DNA from: an uncultured Chloroflexia bacterium
Lineage (GTDB): Bacteria; Chloroflexota; Limnocylindria; Limnocylindrales; CSP1-4
DNA: 64,000 bases
Reading direction: 5' to 3'
Assembly: GCA_963740825.1 (NCBI GenBank)
Contig: CAVUFD010000001.1
Coordinates: 1,665,543-1,729,542, forward strand
The notes below the pieces were generated by a model. The model saw only the letters and a list, made by a program, of their open reading frames with translations, was not told the origin of the DNA and did not search any database. Numbering within the stretch: the first letter of the stretch is position 1; the number at the start of each line of letters is the position of its first letter. A program made the translations under genes and the position numbers. Below are positions 17,150 through 26,033 of the stretch, piece by piece.

Positions 17150-17485
17150 ATGACCGCCACGTTCGAGCCCGACCACATCTTCGCCGCCCTGGCCGATTCC
17201 ACCCGGCGCGACATCGTCCTCCGCGCCCTCAGCGGGACCGAGGGCGTGGCCGAGCTCGCCGGGCACTACCCAATGAGCTTCGCGGCGGTGCAGAAGCACG
17301 TCGCGGTCCTCGAGCGTGCAGGCCTGGTCACCAAGGAGCGCACGGGCCGGCGCAAGGTCGTGCGCACCAACATGGAGGGCCTCCGCCTCGCGCGTGGCCT
17401 GCTGGACGAGTACGAGGCCCTGTGGCGCGGGCGCATCGACCGCATGACCGACCTCATCATGCGCAGCAAGGAGATCGACACATGA
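17150..17485 (+). CDS. ArsR/SmtB family transcriptional regulator
   Basis: MTATFEPDHIFAALADSTRRDIVLRAL...AAVQKHVAVLERAGLV winged HTH. Preceded by a perfect palindrome. Confidence 0.85.
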   Translation: MTATFEPDHIFAALADSTRRDIVLRALSGTEGVAELAGHYPMSFAAVQKHVAVLERAGLVTKERTGRRKVVRTNMEGLRLARGLLDEYEALWRGRIDRMTDLIMRSKEIDT

Positions 17486-17997
17486 CTGTCACCTCGGTCC
17501 TGAAGGACCCCGACGCCCTGACCATGACCCTCACCGCGGAGTTCGAGGCGACCCCGACCCGCGTGTGGGAGCTGTGGGCGGATCCGCGCCAGCTCGAGCG
17601 ATGGTGGGGACCCCCGTTCTGGCCCGCGACGTTCACGAGACACGACCTCGCCATCGGCAGCCGCGTCGAGTACCACATGACCGGGCCGACCGGCGACGAG
17701 GCGCACGGCTTCTGGGACATCGTCGAGGCGGATCCCCCGCGCCGGCTCGTGTTCCTCGACGGGTTCGCCAACAACGACGGGACACCGAACGACGACTTCC
17801 CGCGCAACGAAGGACGGGTGACGATCGAATCCATCGACGCCGGCCACACGAGGATGCAGATCGAGAGCCACTTCCCGAGCACCGAGGCGATGCAGCAGGT
17901 TCTGGCGATGGGCATGGAGGAAGGCCTCACGCAGGCCGTCGGCCAGATCGACGCCATCCTCGCCGAAGACACCGTGACGACAGGAGACGTGCGATGA
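17482..17997 (+). CDS. SRPBCC / Aha1-domain protein (activator of Hsp90 ATPase homolog-like)
   Basis: 4-nt overlap with arsR. TRVWELWADPRQLERWWGP motif. Classic ArsR plus SRPBCC pair. Confidence 0.8.
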   Translation: MTVTSVLKDPDALTMTLTAEFEATPTRVWELWADPRQLERWWGPPFWPATFTRHDLAIGSRVEYHMTGPTGDEAHGFWDIVEADPPRRLVFLDGFANNDGTPNDDFPRNEGRVTIESIDAGHTRMQIESHFPSTEAMQQVLAMGMEEGLTQAVGQIDAILAEDTVTTGDVR

Positions 17998-18869
17998 CCA
18001 CGATGACCGAACCCACGACGAAGACCCTGGACGCACCCGGTGCCGTCCTCACCTATGACGTCCGCGAGTCAGCCTCCACCGAGCCCGTGCTGCTGCTGAT
18101 CGGCTCGCCGATGGGCGCCGGCGGGTTCAAGACGCTCGCCGGGCACTTCCCGGACCGCACCATCGCCACGTACGACCCGCGCGGCGTCGAGCGCAGCACC
18201 AAGGCCGATCCAACGAGCGAGTCCACCCCCGAGCAGCACGCCGACGACCTGCACCGGATCATCGCCGACCTCGGTTCAGGTCCGGTCGACCTGTTCGCGA
18301 GCAGCGGTGGCGCCGTGAACGCCCTCGCTCTCGTGGCAGCGCACCCGGAGGACGTCCGGACGCTCGTCGCGCACGAGCCGCCCCTCGCCTCAGTCGTCCC
18401 CGATCGCGAGGGCGCGATGGCGGTCACCAAAGCCGTCCGTGACACCTACGAGCAGCGTGGATTCGGCGCCGGGATGGCGAGGTTCATCCTCGCCGTGGCC
18501 CACCAGGGGCCGATGACGCTGGAGTTCGCCAACCAGCCCGATCCGGATCCGGCGATGTTCGGCCTGCCCGCCGAGGACGACGGCAACCGGACCGACCCGC
18601 TGCTGCACCAGAACATCATCTCCTGCACGCATTACGAGCCCGACTTCGAGGCGCTGCGGGCGGCCTCGACCCGGATCGTGATCGGCGCCGGCGTGGAGTC
18701 CGCGGGCCAGCTGGCCCATCGCGGCGGGCTGGCCGTCGCCGAGTGGCTCGGGTCCGAGCCCGTGATGTTCCCCAGCGACCACGGCGGCTTCCTGGGCGGC
18801 GAGTACGGCCAGAAGGGCGATCCCGACGCGTTCGCCGCGAAGCTGCGCGAGGTCCTCGCGGGCGCCTGA
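17994..18869 (+). CDS. alpha/beta hydrolase
   Basis: ATGA overlap with the upstream gene. LLLIGSPMGAGGF ... Ser-nucleophile region FASSGGAVNALALVAAHPEDV. Confidence 0.8.
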   Translation: MTTMTEPTTKTLDAPGAVLTYDVRESASTEPVLLLIGSPMGAGGFKTLAGHFPDRTIATYDPRGVERSTKADPTSESTPEQHADDLHRIIADLGSGPVDLFASSGGAVNALALVAAHPEDVRTLVAHEPPLASVVPDREGAMAVTKAVRDTYEQRGFGAGMARFILAVAHQGPMTLEFANQPDPDPAMFGLPAEDDGNRTDPLLHQNIISCTHYEPDFEALRAASTRIVIGAGVESAGQLAHRGGLAVAEWLGSEPVMFPSDHGGFLGGEYGQKGDPDAFAAKLREVLAGA

Positions 18870-19044
18870 CGTTCGGATGGCGCGTCGAGGGTTGGGATGC
18901 CGACCGGCGCCCTGCTCTCGACGACGTCCGTTGTCCCGCGCGGAGGGGTCCTCAGCCCGCCGCGGCGGACAGCGACCCCTCGGTCACCTCGCCCCCTTGT
19001 GGGCGGCGAATACGCTTCCCCGTCGCCGCCGGATGCCGAGTCGC

Positions 19045-19872
19045 TCAGCCGCTCGGCGTCGCCTTCGCGATGGCGTCTCCGAACTCACGCCACGTGATCA
19101 CGCCGTCGAGGTACGTGGACGTGCCCGGACCCTGCAGCTCGGCCGCCGCGGACGCGATCGCCCCGTAGGCGGCCCGGGCGAGGCTGCCACCCGTCGACAC
19201 GCGCCGCACGCCCAGGGCCGCGAGCTCGGGGATCGGCGGGCCACCGGGCGTCGCGATCACGTTGACCGGCATCTCCACGGCCTCCACGAGGCGGCGGATC
19301 TGCCGCGGATCCGCGACTCCCGGTGCGAACACAACCTCCGCGCCCGCATCGCGGTACGCGCGGAGCCGGGCGATCGTGTCGTCCAGGTCGTCGACGCCGT
19401 GCAGGTGGTTCTCCGCACGGGCCGTCAGCACGACGCCACGGTCGCGGGCGGCCTGGGCGGCGGCCGCGACGCGCGGGACGGCGACCTCGAGCGGATCGAT
19501 CGAGCCGGTGGCGGGATCGAAATCCTCGATCGAGCAGCCGGACGCCCCAGCCGCCGCGAGGAGCTCGACGGTCTCGGCCACACCCGCGGGGTCGTCCCCG
19601 AAGCACCGCTCCGAGTCGACGTTCAGCGGCACGTCGACGGCTGCCGCCACCGCCGCCACGTGCTCGAGCAGCTCGTCGCGGGCCACGCCATAGTCCCGGC
19701 GACCGAGCGTGGCGGCCAGTCCCGAGCTCGTCGTGGCGAGCGCCACGAAGCCCATCGACGCCAGCAGCCGGGCGGAGCCCACGTCCATCGGGTTGGGCAT
19801 CACGAACAGCCCTTCGCGATGCAGGGCGCGGAACCGGTCGCGCCGCCTGGACCAGGTCACGGTCGCCGTCAT
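19045..19872 (-). CDS. isocitrate lyase/PEP mutase family protein (2-methylisocitrate lyase / carboxyvinyl-carboxyphosphonate phosphorylmutase-like)
   Basis: FRALHREGLFVMPNPMDVGSARLL...GCSIEDF motifs of the ICL/PEPM superfamily. Confidence 0.8.
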   Translation of the reverse strand: MTATVTWSRRRDRFRALHREGLFVMPNPMDVGSARLLASMGFVALATTSSGLAATLGRRDYGVARDELLEHVAAVAAAVDVPLNVDSERCFGDDPAGVAETVELLAAAGASGCSIEDFDPATGSIDPLEVAVPRVAAAAQAARDRGVVLTARAENHLHGVDDLDDTIARLRAYRDAGAEVVFAPGVADPRQIRRLVEAVEMPVNVIATPGGPPIPELAALGVRRVSTGGSLARAAYGAIASAAAELQGPGTSTYLDGVITWREFGDAIAKATPSG

Positions 19873-19924
19873 GCTGATCTCCCGTGGTCGCGTCGCGGGT
19901 CGAGCACATCGTCGCCGACAGACG

Positions 19925-21061
19925 CTACCGCTCTGATGCCTCGAACAGTTCCCACTGGCCGGGCACGCCCCGAAGGCTGACCGTCCCGAGCGAGGTGAAC
20001 GCGAGGTCCGTGCCGGTCGCCAGCTCGCGGACCGTGCGGGTCACCACGACCTGGCGCTCGCCGGCCTCCGCCAAGGCGCGCGCGGCGATGTGGAGGCCGA
20101 TCCCGCCGAGATCGGTGCCCCGGAGCTCGACCTCGCCGGTGTGGATCGCCGCGCGGATGTCGAGGCCCTGGCGCCCCAGCGCGCTCCGGAGCGCGAAGGC
20201 ACAGCGCAGCGCGCGGGTCGGGGCGTCGAACGTGGCGAGGCAGCCGTCGCCGGTCGACTTCACCAGCTTGCCGTGCCAGCGCTCGATCTCGGCGCGGGTG
20301 ATCTCGTCGTGGCGGTCGAGCAGCTGGCGCCACGCCTTGTCCCCCAGCGCGGCGGCCCGCCCCGTGGAGTCGACGATGTCGGTGAACAGGACGGTCGCGA
20401 GGACGCGGTCGGTGTCCATGGCCGCGTGGAGCGACTCGACCTGCTCGGCGGTCCACGAGTAGGCCTCGACGTACTTGCCGTCGGGCGCCTGCGCCTCCGG
20501 CTCGTAGACGAGGAGCACCGCGCCGGACGGAAAGGGTCGCACGCTCGTGAGCCGCAGGTAGCGCAGCTCGGACTCGTCGCGGAACAGGCGCTTCCCGCTG
20601 CCCAACACCACCGGGAACACGATGATCCGGTACTCGTCGACGAGCTCGCCGCTCATCAGGGCCGCGACCAGGTCCCCGCTCCCGTAGACGAGGATCTCGC
20701 CGTCGATCCGGGCCTTCAGCGCGGCGGTCTCCTCGGCCGGATCGCCGCGGAGCACCGTCGTGTTGTTCCAATCGGCGCGGCCGAGCGACTTCGAGACCAC
20801 GTACTTGGGGAGCTCGTTCGTCCGTCGCCCGAACGACTCCTCATCCTTCATCGACGGCCAGAAGGCGGCCCAGATCTGGTAGGTCGTCCGCCCGAACAGG
20901 AGCGCCTCGGCTGCCCGCAGCTGATCGCTGTTGAACACCTGCATGTCGTCATCGCTGAGCCGCAGCGCCCAGGCGTTCCGGCCGCTCCGGTGCTCGTCGA
21001 ACCCTGGCGCCTCCATGACGCCATCGACGGTCATGAACTCGGTGACGACGAGGCGGCCCAT
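19925..21061 (-). CDS. fusion protein: RibD C-terminal/DHFR-like domain + class III nucleotidyl cyclase domain
   Basis: Residues 1-190 resemble the YwjB/RibD_C reductase fold (TVDGVMEAP...LVYGSGDLV...FPVVLGSGKRLF). Residues 200-378 carry FTDIVDST...KSTGDGCLATF cyclase motifs but have HIAAR instead of the usual N-x-A-x-R. Confidence 0.75.
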   Translation of the reverse strand: MGRLVVTEFMTVDGVMEAPGFDEHRSGRNAWALRLSDDDMQVFNSDQLRAAEALLFGRTTYQIWAAFWPSMKDEESFGRRTNELPKYVVSKSLGRADWNNTTVLRGDPAEETAALKARIDGEILVYGSGDLVAALMSGELVDEYRIIVFPVVLGSGKRLFRDESELRYLRLTSVRPFPSGAVLLVYEPEAQAPDGKYVEAYSWTAEQVESLHAAMDTDRVLATVLFTDIVDSTGRAAALGDKAWRQLLDRHDEITRAEIERWHGKLVKSTGDGCLATFDAPTRALRCAFALRSALGRQGLDIRAAIHTGEVELRGTDLGGIGLHIAARALAEAGERQVVVTRTVRELATGTDLAFTSLGTVSLRGVPGQWELFEASER

Positions 21062-21103
21062 GCGTCGGACCCTACAGGATCAGCCAGCTCTTCAGCGTCC
21101 CGA

Positions 21104-21505
21104 TCACCAGATGACGTCGACGTCCCGGCTCGTCCGGGCGAACGATTGCAAGCGCTCGTCCTTGGACACGAGTGGCACGCGGTGATCCCAGGCGCTCGCG
21201 TACAGCAGTCGGTCGATCGGATCGCCCGGAAAGCCGTCGCCGAGGCTGCCGGCCCATGCCGCCGCCTCGCACGACAGCGTCGCGGTCGCGATCCTGTCGC
21301 CTGTGAGGAGGTCCCCGATCCAGACGATGGGGTCGCGATCCAATGCGACCCGACCGCGGCGGGCGAGCGTCGCGATCTCCCACGCGCTCAGCGGGCTCAC
21401 GAGCCTTACCTCGGCCTGCTCGATTGATCGACGCGCCCGGACCGACAGCCGGGCGCCGCCAGCCTGCCACCAGAGGATCGCGTGCGTGTCGAGGAGCACA
21501 TTCAT
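21104..21505 (-). CDS. vapC: type II toxin VapC (PIN-domain ribonuclease)
   Basis: MNVLLDTHAILWW start with PIN acidic residues. ATGA overlap with the upstream antitoxin gene. Confidence 0.85.
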   Translation of the reverse strand: MNVLLDTHAILWWQAGGARLSVRARRSIEQAEVRLVSPLSAWEIATLARRGRVALDRDPIVWIGDLLTGDRIATATLSCEAAAWAGSLGDGFPGDPIDRLLYASAWDHRVPLVSKDERLQSFARTSRDVDVIW

Positions 21506-21753
21506 CGGACCGACGGATCCGCGTCCCACGACTCCCCGGTCGAGTAATACGCCTCGTCCTCCTCTGCGATGAGTCGGACGCTGCCAAGCGTCGGCCGCGC
21601 ATCGTCGTCGTCGAGCGGCACGACCCTCGCGATCGGACGCCCGTGCTTCGTAACGACAACGGAGATCCGCAGCCGCTCGACCTGGTCCAGCACGGCGAGA
21701 CACTCCGCCTTGAACCGGCTCGCCATCATCGTCCGTTCGCTGGTCTCGCTCAT
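21502..21753 (-). CDS. vapB: type II antitoxin (VapB, Phd/YefM-like)
   Basis: 83 aa. VVVTKHGRPIARVVPLDD motif of Phd/YefM-type antitoxins. Palindrome upstream. Confidence 0.8.
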   Translation of the reverse strand: MSETSERTMMASRFKAECLAVLDQVERLRISVVVTKHGRPIARVVPLDDDDARPTLGSVRLIAEEDEAYYSTGESWDADPSVR

Positions 21754-21761
21754 CTGACCAT

Positions 21762-21773
21762 TGACTATAGTCA
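21762..21773. promoter_or_regulatory. perfect 12-bp palindrome TGACTATAGTCA upstream of vapB (putative VapB/VapBC autoregulatory operator)
   Basis: Read directly. Located 9 nt upstream of the vapB start codon on the minus strand. Confidence 0.55.
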
Positions 21774-21912
21774 GATAATCCCCCCTTCGTCAACAATCCC
21801 GGCCAGATCGTCTGGTGTTGCGTTCGCCGACCGGATCGTTGTAGCGTCGCGCGACGACGTGGATCCATGAGGGGAACACATCCGGACCGCAATCGGCCTC
21901 GCAGTCGTCGGC

Positions 21913-22302
21913 TTGTGTTTCGTCGTGGGCGGTTTACTTCTGATCACCATGGGCCCGGCCAGGGCCCGAGGCGTTTCGACCCAGCAGATGTTGTACGCCA
22001 TCGGAATTGGCCTGCTCGTCATTTCGAGCGCTCGCGCGCTCGGCGTCGCCATCGCCGCGAACCGGGCACGCCGTCCATCTGCCGGGGCGCTGACCTTCGC
22101 GCTCATCGTCGGCGGGACCGCTTGCGCGCTCATCGGCATCACATACGAAGCGCGGACCGGTGTTCCGGGCCTGCCTAGGCCGCCGGACCCCGCCCTGATT
22201 GCGGGTTACCTGAGCTACCCCCTGTTGTTGGCCGGTTTCCTTGTTGGCTTGGTCGGCTCCGCTCGAGCCCTCCGGCGCATTTGGAATCGGTCCCAAACCT
22301 GA
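21913..22302 (+). CDS. small hypothetical membrane protein
   Basis: TTG/ATG start ambiguous. Three hydrophobic helices. Lower-GC leader region. Confidence 0.35.
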   Translation: MCFVVGGLLLITMGPARARGVSTQQMLYAIGIGLLVISSARALGVAIAANRARRPSAGALTFALIVGGTACALIGITYEARTGVPGLPRPPDPALIAGYLSYPLLLAGFLVGLVGSARALRRIWNRSQT

Positions 22303-22311
22303 CGACGTTGG

Positions 22312-23286
22312 TCACGCCTTGGGGCGCTCGCGGATGACCTTGCGCGGGTCCTTCTCGAGCTCGATCCCCTTGTAGGCCGCCTGGCGCACGAGGCCGTCGC
22401 CCGTCCAGCCGGCGAACTCGGCGCGGATCACCAGCTCGGGGCGCAGCCACCTGGCGTCGCGGGCGGCGGCGCGCGGCACCGGCGGCGAGAACGGTGATGC
22501 GTCGGCTGCCAGCGGCCCGAGCGCGGCGAGCAGCTCGGCTCGGCGATCGGCCGTGAAGCCGGCGCCGACCTTGCCGGCATAGCGCAGCTCGCCGTCCTCG
22601 TGGACGCCGACGAGGAGCGCGCCGAGGTCGACCGCGGTGCCGGTGCCGGTCGCCCAGCCGCCGACGACTAGCTCCTGCTCGGGGCGGATCTTGACCTTCT
22701 GCCAGCGATCGGTGCGCTTGCCGGGCACATATTTCGATCGCCGGTCCTTGGCCATGATCCCCTCGAGGCCGCGCTTCCGGGCCGCCTCGAAGAACGCGAT
22801 CCCATCGGCCCCGATGTGCTCGCTCAGCCGCACGCGAGGGTCGGTGGCCAGGACCGACGCCAGGAGCCGGCGTCGTTCTTCGAGCGGCTCGTCGAGCAGC
22901 GATCGGCCGTCGAGATGGAGGAGGTCGAAGACCTCGTACACGAACGGGTTCGGCTCGGCGGCGACGCCCTTGCCCTTGATCCGCGCCTGGAGCAGCGCGA
23001 AGTCGGGCTCGCCCTTATCGTCGAGCGCGATCACCTCGCCGTCGACGACCGCCCGGCTCGCCGTGAGCCAGCTGGGCGGATCGAGGAACGGGCCGAAGTA
23101 GCGCGCGGCATCCTGCTCGCCGCGGGTCCACAGCCGGACGCTGTCGCCATCGACGACGGTCTCCACGCGGAAGCCGTCCCATTTGACCTCGAACAGCCAG
23201 TCGGGGTCGTCGAATGGCGCGGCCACGAGGGTCGCCAGCATCGGCGGAATGAAGCCCGGCTTCGCCGCCTTCCCGTCCTTTGCCAT
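22312..23286 (-). CDS. ATP-dependent DNA ligase (LigD/LigC-type ligase domain only)
   Basis: MAKDGKAAKPGFIPPMLATL...FEVKWDGFR (adenylation Lys motif KxDG) ...EGIMAK. 324 aa. No Pol/PE domains. Confidence 0.85.
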   Translation of the reverse strand: MAKDGKAAKPGFIPPMLATLVAAPFDDPDWLFEVKWDGFRVETVVDGDSVRLWTRGEQDAARYFGPFLDPPSWLTASRAVVDGEVIALDDKGEPDFALLQARIKGKGVAAEPNPFVYEVFDLLHLDGRSLLDEPLEERRRLLASVLATDPRVRLSEHIGADGIAFFEAARKRGLEGIMAKDRRSKYVPGKRTDRWQKVKIRPEQELVVGGWATGTGTAVDLGALLVGVHEDGELRYAGKVGAGFTADRRAELLAALGPLAADASPFSPPVPRAAARDARWLRPELVIRAEFAGWTGDGLVRQAAYKGIELEKDPRKVIRERPKA

Positions 23287-23331
23287 CGTCCAATCATGCC
23301 CAATTGGGTCGAACGCACGTAGGCTGTCGGT

Positions 23332-24102
23332 ATGAGCGCCTCGCTGCGGGTCATCCTCGAGATCGGCAGGAAGCGACGCGTCGTTGCGGGCGCGATGGAC
23401 TGGCCGGGGCTCGATCGCTGGGGCACGTCGGAGGACGACGCGATCGCGAAGCTGCTGTCCTACGTTTCCCGGTACGCCGGCGTGGCCGAGCGCGCGGGCG
23501 TCGCCAACGTCTTCGCGACGACCGGCGACGTGGAGGTCGTCGAGCGCGTGCCGGGATCGAGCTCGACGGACTTCTGGGGCATCGCCCATGTGCCGTCGCA
23601 GATCGAGATCGACGTGCTGCCGACGGCGGACCTGGAACGGCGGCTCGACCTCTTGCGCGCCTGCTGGGCCACCTTCGACGACGTCTCGGCCGCCATCACC
23701 GGCGAGCTCCTCCCGGGACCGCGCAGCGCGGGCCGGACCCGTGACCAGATCGTGCGCCACGTGTACATCAATGAGCCCGAGCAGTTCTCCCGCAAGGTCG
23801 AGATCCGGACCCCGCGCGACGCGGTCATGACACCGGACGGCCTGAAGGACCATCGGCTGGCATACCTCCAGGCGATCCGCGACTACAACGCCGACGGCAG
23901 GCCGGCGCGCACATGGCCGATCCAGTTCCTCGTCCGGCGCACGGCCCATCACGCGATGGACCACGCCTGGGAGCTCGAGGACCGGGACCCGGCTCACCAC
24001 AAGCCCGCCGCACAGCCCACATCAGGCCGTGATCGCGACGAGCATGTCGCCCGGATCGTCGCCGCGGATGCCCAGCTGCTGCGGCGCCTCGGCACGATCT
24101 GA
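23332..24102 (+). CDS. hypothetical protein (His-rich C-terminus, possibly DinB/YfiT-like), divergent from ligase
   Basis: 256 aa. C-terminal RTAHHAMDHAWELED. No clear family assignment from the sequence alone. Confidence 0.5.
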   Translation: MSASLRVILEIGRKRRVVAGAMDWPGLDRWGTSEDDAIAKLLSYVSRYAGVAERAGVANVFATTGDVEVVERVPGSSSTDFWGIAHVPSQIEIDVLPTADLERRLDLLRACWATFDDVSAAITGELLPGPRSAGRTRDQIVRHVYINEPEQFSRKVEIRTPRDAVMTPDGLKDHRLAYLQAIRDYNADGRPARTWPIQFLVRRTAHHAMDHAWELEDRDPAHHKPAAQPTSGRDRDEHVARIVAADAQLLRRLGTI

Positions 24103-24155
24103 CGGGTACGAATTCCGTCGCGGAACGTTCCTGGACCCGTCGGTGTAGACAGGCC

Positions 24156-25202
24156 GTGACGTCTCTCCGACCGGTCGCGAGGCTCGCGCTCGCGGCCGCC
24201 CTGGCTGGGTGTGCTGGCGGGGAGGAGCCGAGCACCCCTTCAGCGGCCGCCTCGGCTTCGGTCGCCCAGACTGGCGCGGTAACTGCCGGCCCTACTCCCC
24301 TTCCTTCTCGGGTGGTCCACGCGGGCGATGTCCCGGTCGTGACCGGCGAGCCGATCGAGCTCGAGGATCTCTCCGGGCGGATCGTGTTCGACAACTTCGA
24401 GGACGTGTTCGCCATGGACGTCGACGGGTCGCACGTCGTCGAGGTCGCCGCGGATCCCGCGGGCCCCGAGTTCGACGGCGCCTGGTCGCCCGACGGCAAA
24501 TGGGTCGTCTATCGCGACTCCACGCGGGGCATCAACGACGACGATGAGATCGTCGTCGCCCGTGCTGGCGGCTCCGAGCGCCGCAACATCACCAACGACC
24601 CCGCCAACGACTGGGGCCCCGACTGGTCGCCCGACGGCCGGACCATCGCCTTCAACTCGGACCGCGGCGGCGGCCGGCTGCGCGGCTACCTCGTCGACCC
24701 GGACGGGTCCAACCTGCGCGCGTTGCCCATCGACGCCTGGGTCGAGTACCCATCGTTCTCCCCGGACGGAACGGAAATCGCGTTCATGGGCCACGAAGGA
24801 TCGGACTACGACATCTTCGCTGCAGACATCGCCACGGGCGTCGTTCGGCAGCTGACCGATGCTCCGGGCCAGGACGGCTGGCCCGCGTGGTCGCCCGACG
24901 GCTCGACGGTCGCGTTCACGTCCGTCCGCGACGATTGTGGGTACAGCCCGGCCGACCAGGAGTGCTGGCGGGGCGAGCCGGACGACCCGCACCGGGATAC
25001 GTGGCTGGTCGATGCCGACGGCTCGAACCCGCGCCGGGTGTCGCCGGAGATCGGCCAGTTCGTTAACTGGTCGCCCGACGGGCGGTACCTCCTCATCTCG
25101 GGCCACGCCCTATACGTCGTTCGACCGGACGGCACGGGCCGCATCGAGCTGCGCGCCGACGGAATGAACCGCCCGCTCGGCGGTATCCCGGACTGGCGCT
25201 GA
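24156..25202 (+). CDS. TolB-like beta-propeller (PD40/WD40-like repeat) lipoprotein
   Basis: Lipobox LAGCAG. Repeated WSPDG motifs (WSPDGKWVVY, WSPDGRTIAF, FSPDGTEIAF, WSPDGSTVAF, WSPDGRYLL). Confidence 0.75.
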   Translation: MTSLRPVARLALAAALAGCAGGEEPSTPSAAASASVAQTGAVTAGPTPLPSRVVHAGDVPVVTGEPIELEDLSGRIVFDNFEDVFAMDVDGSHVVEVAADPAGPEFDGAWSPDGKWVVYRDSTRGINDDDEIVVARAGGSERRNITNDPANDWGPDWSPDGRTIAFNSDRGGGRLRGYLVDPDGSNLRALPIDAWVEYPSFSPDGTEIAFMGHEGSDYDIFAADIATGVVRQLTDAPGQDGWPAWSPDGSTVAFTSVRDDCGYSPADQECWRGEPDDPHRDTWLVDADGSNPRRVSPEIGQFVNWSPDGRYLLISGHALYVVRPDGTGRIELRADGMNRPLGGIPDWR

Positions 25203-25575
25203 CCGCCTCTTCCTGCAAATCGCTCTGGCCAACACCGTGACCCGGCTACGATCGCCGCCTTCGTGACGTCGAACGCGAGCAGGACTCCGTCGTTGAAGTC
25301 CACGCCCGAGGCCGCGTCGTGGTGGGTTGCCTGGCCGGCGATCCGGGCCGCGGCGCGATAACGCCCGTCCGTGGCGATCCAGAGGTCTGCGGAGACGTCG
25401 CCGTCGAACTGCAACGCGTCTGCGGAGGCCCGAGCGCCCCCGGCCGATCGGCGGAAATGGATGGTCGCCAGGCCATCGTGCGCTTCGGGGCGGATCCGTC
25501 GGAAGCCAGCCGCGAACGGGACGACGACGCGCCGAGCGAATATGCCTCGTGCCGGGCCGGCGTCGAAGCGTCGTC

Positions 25576-25998
25576 CTACGGCTCCACGACGGCGAGCAAC
25601 GCCGCCGCCCGCCGCGCGATCCGGCCGATCAGCCCGGACTCGAAGGCGCCGTCGATGGAGCCCTCGACGAACCGGTCGGAACGCACGATCGCGGTCAGCA
25701 GCCAGGCCAGCTGGTCGATCGACGCGCCTGCGACGGCGTCCGGCCTGTCGCGGAGGGCCTCTCCTTCGGGTGTCGTGAGCCAGGTCCGCCAGTCGAAGCC
25801 GGCGACGACCCAGCCGCCTCGCCCGACGGCATCCAGGAAGGCCTCCCCGGCCGGGCCGAACACGTAGTAGCCGAGGGTGCCCGGCGGCGTCTCCCAGTGC
25901 CCGAAGTCCGCACTCGGAGACTCCAGGATCGGGACGACGTCGGCGAGGAGGCGCAGGCGGTCGCGGTCACCGCCGCCCGCGCGTCCGCCCGGTGCCAA
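25576..25998 (-). CDS. hypothetical protein
   Basis: 140-aa ORF with protein-like composition (FGHWETPPGTLGYYVFGPAGEAFLDAVGRGGW). No family recognised. Confidence 0.4.
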   Translation of the reverse strand: MAPGGRAGGGDRDRLRLLADVVPILESPSADFGHWETPPGTLGYYVFGPAGEAFLDAVGRGGWVVAGFDWRTWLTTPEGEALRDRPDAVAGASIDQLAWLLTAIVRSDRFVEGSIDGAFESGLIGRIARRAAALLAVVEP

Positions 25999-26033
25999 GG
26001 AGCCCGCCGCCGGCGTGGGTGTCCGGTGCCGTC

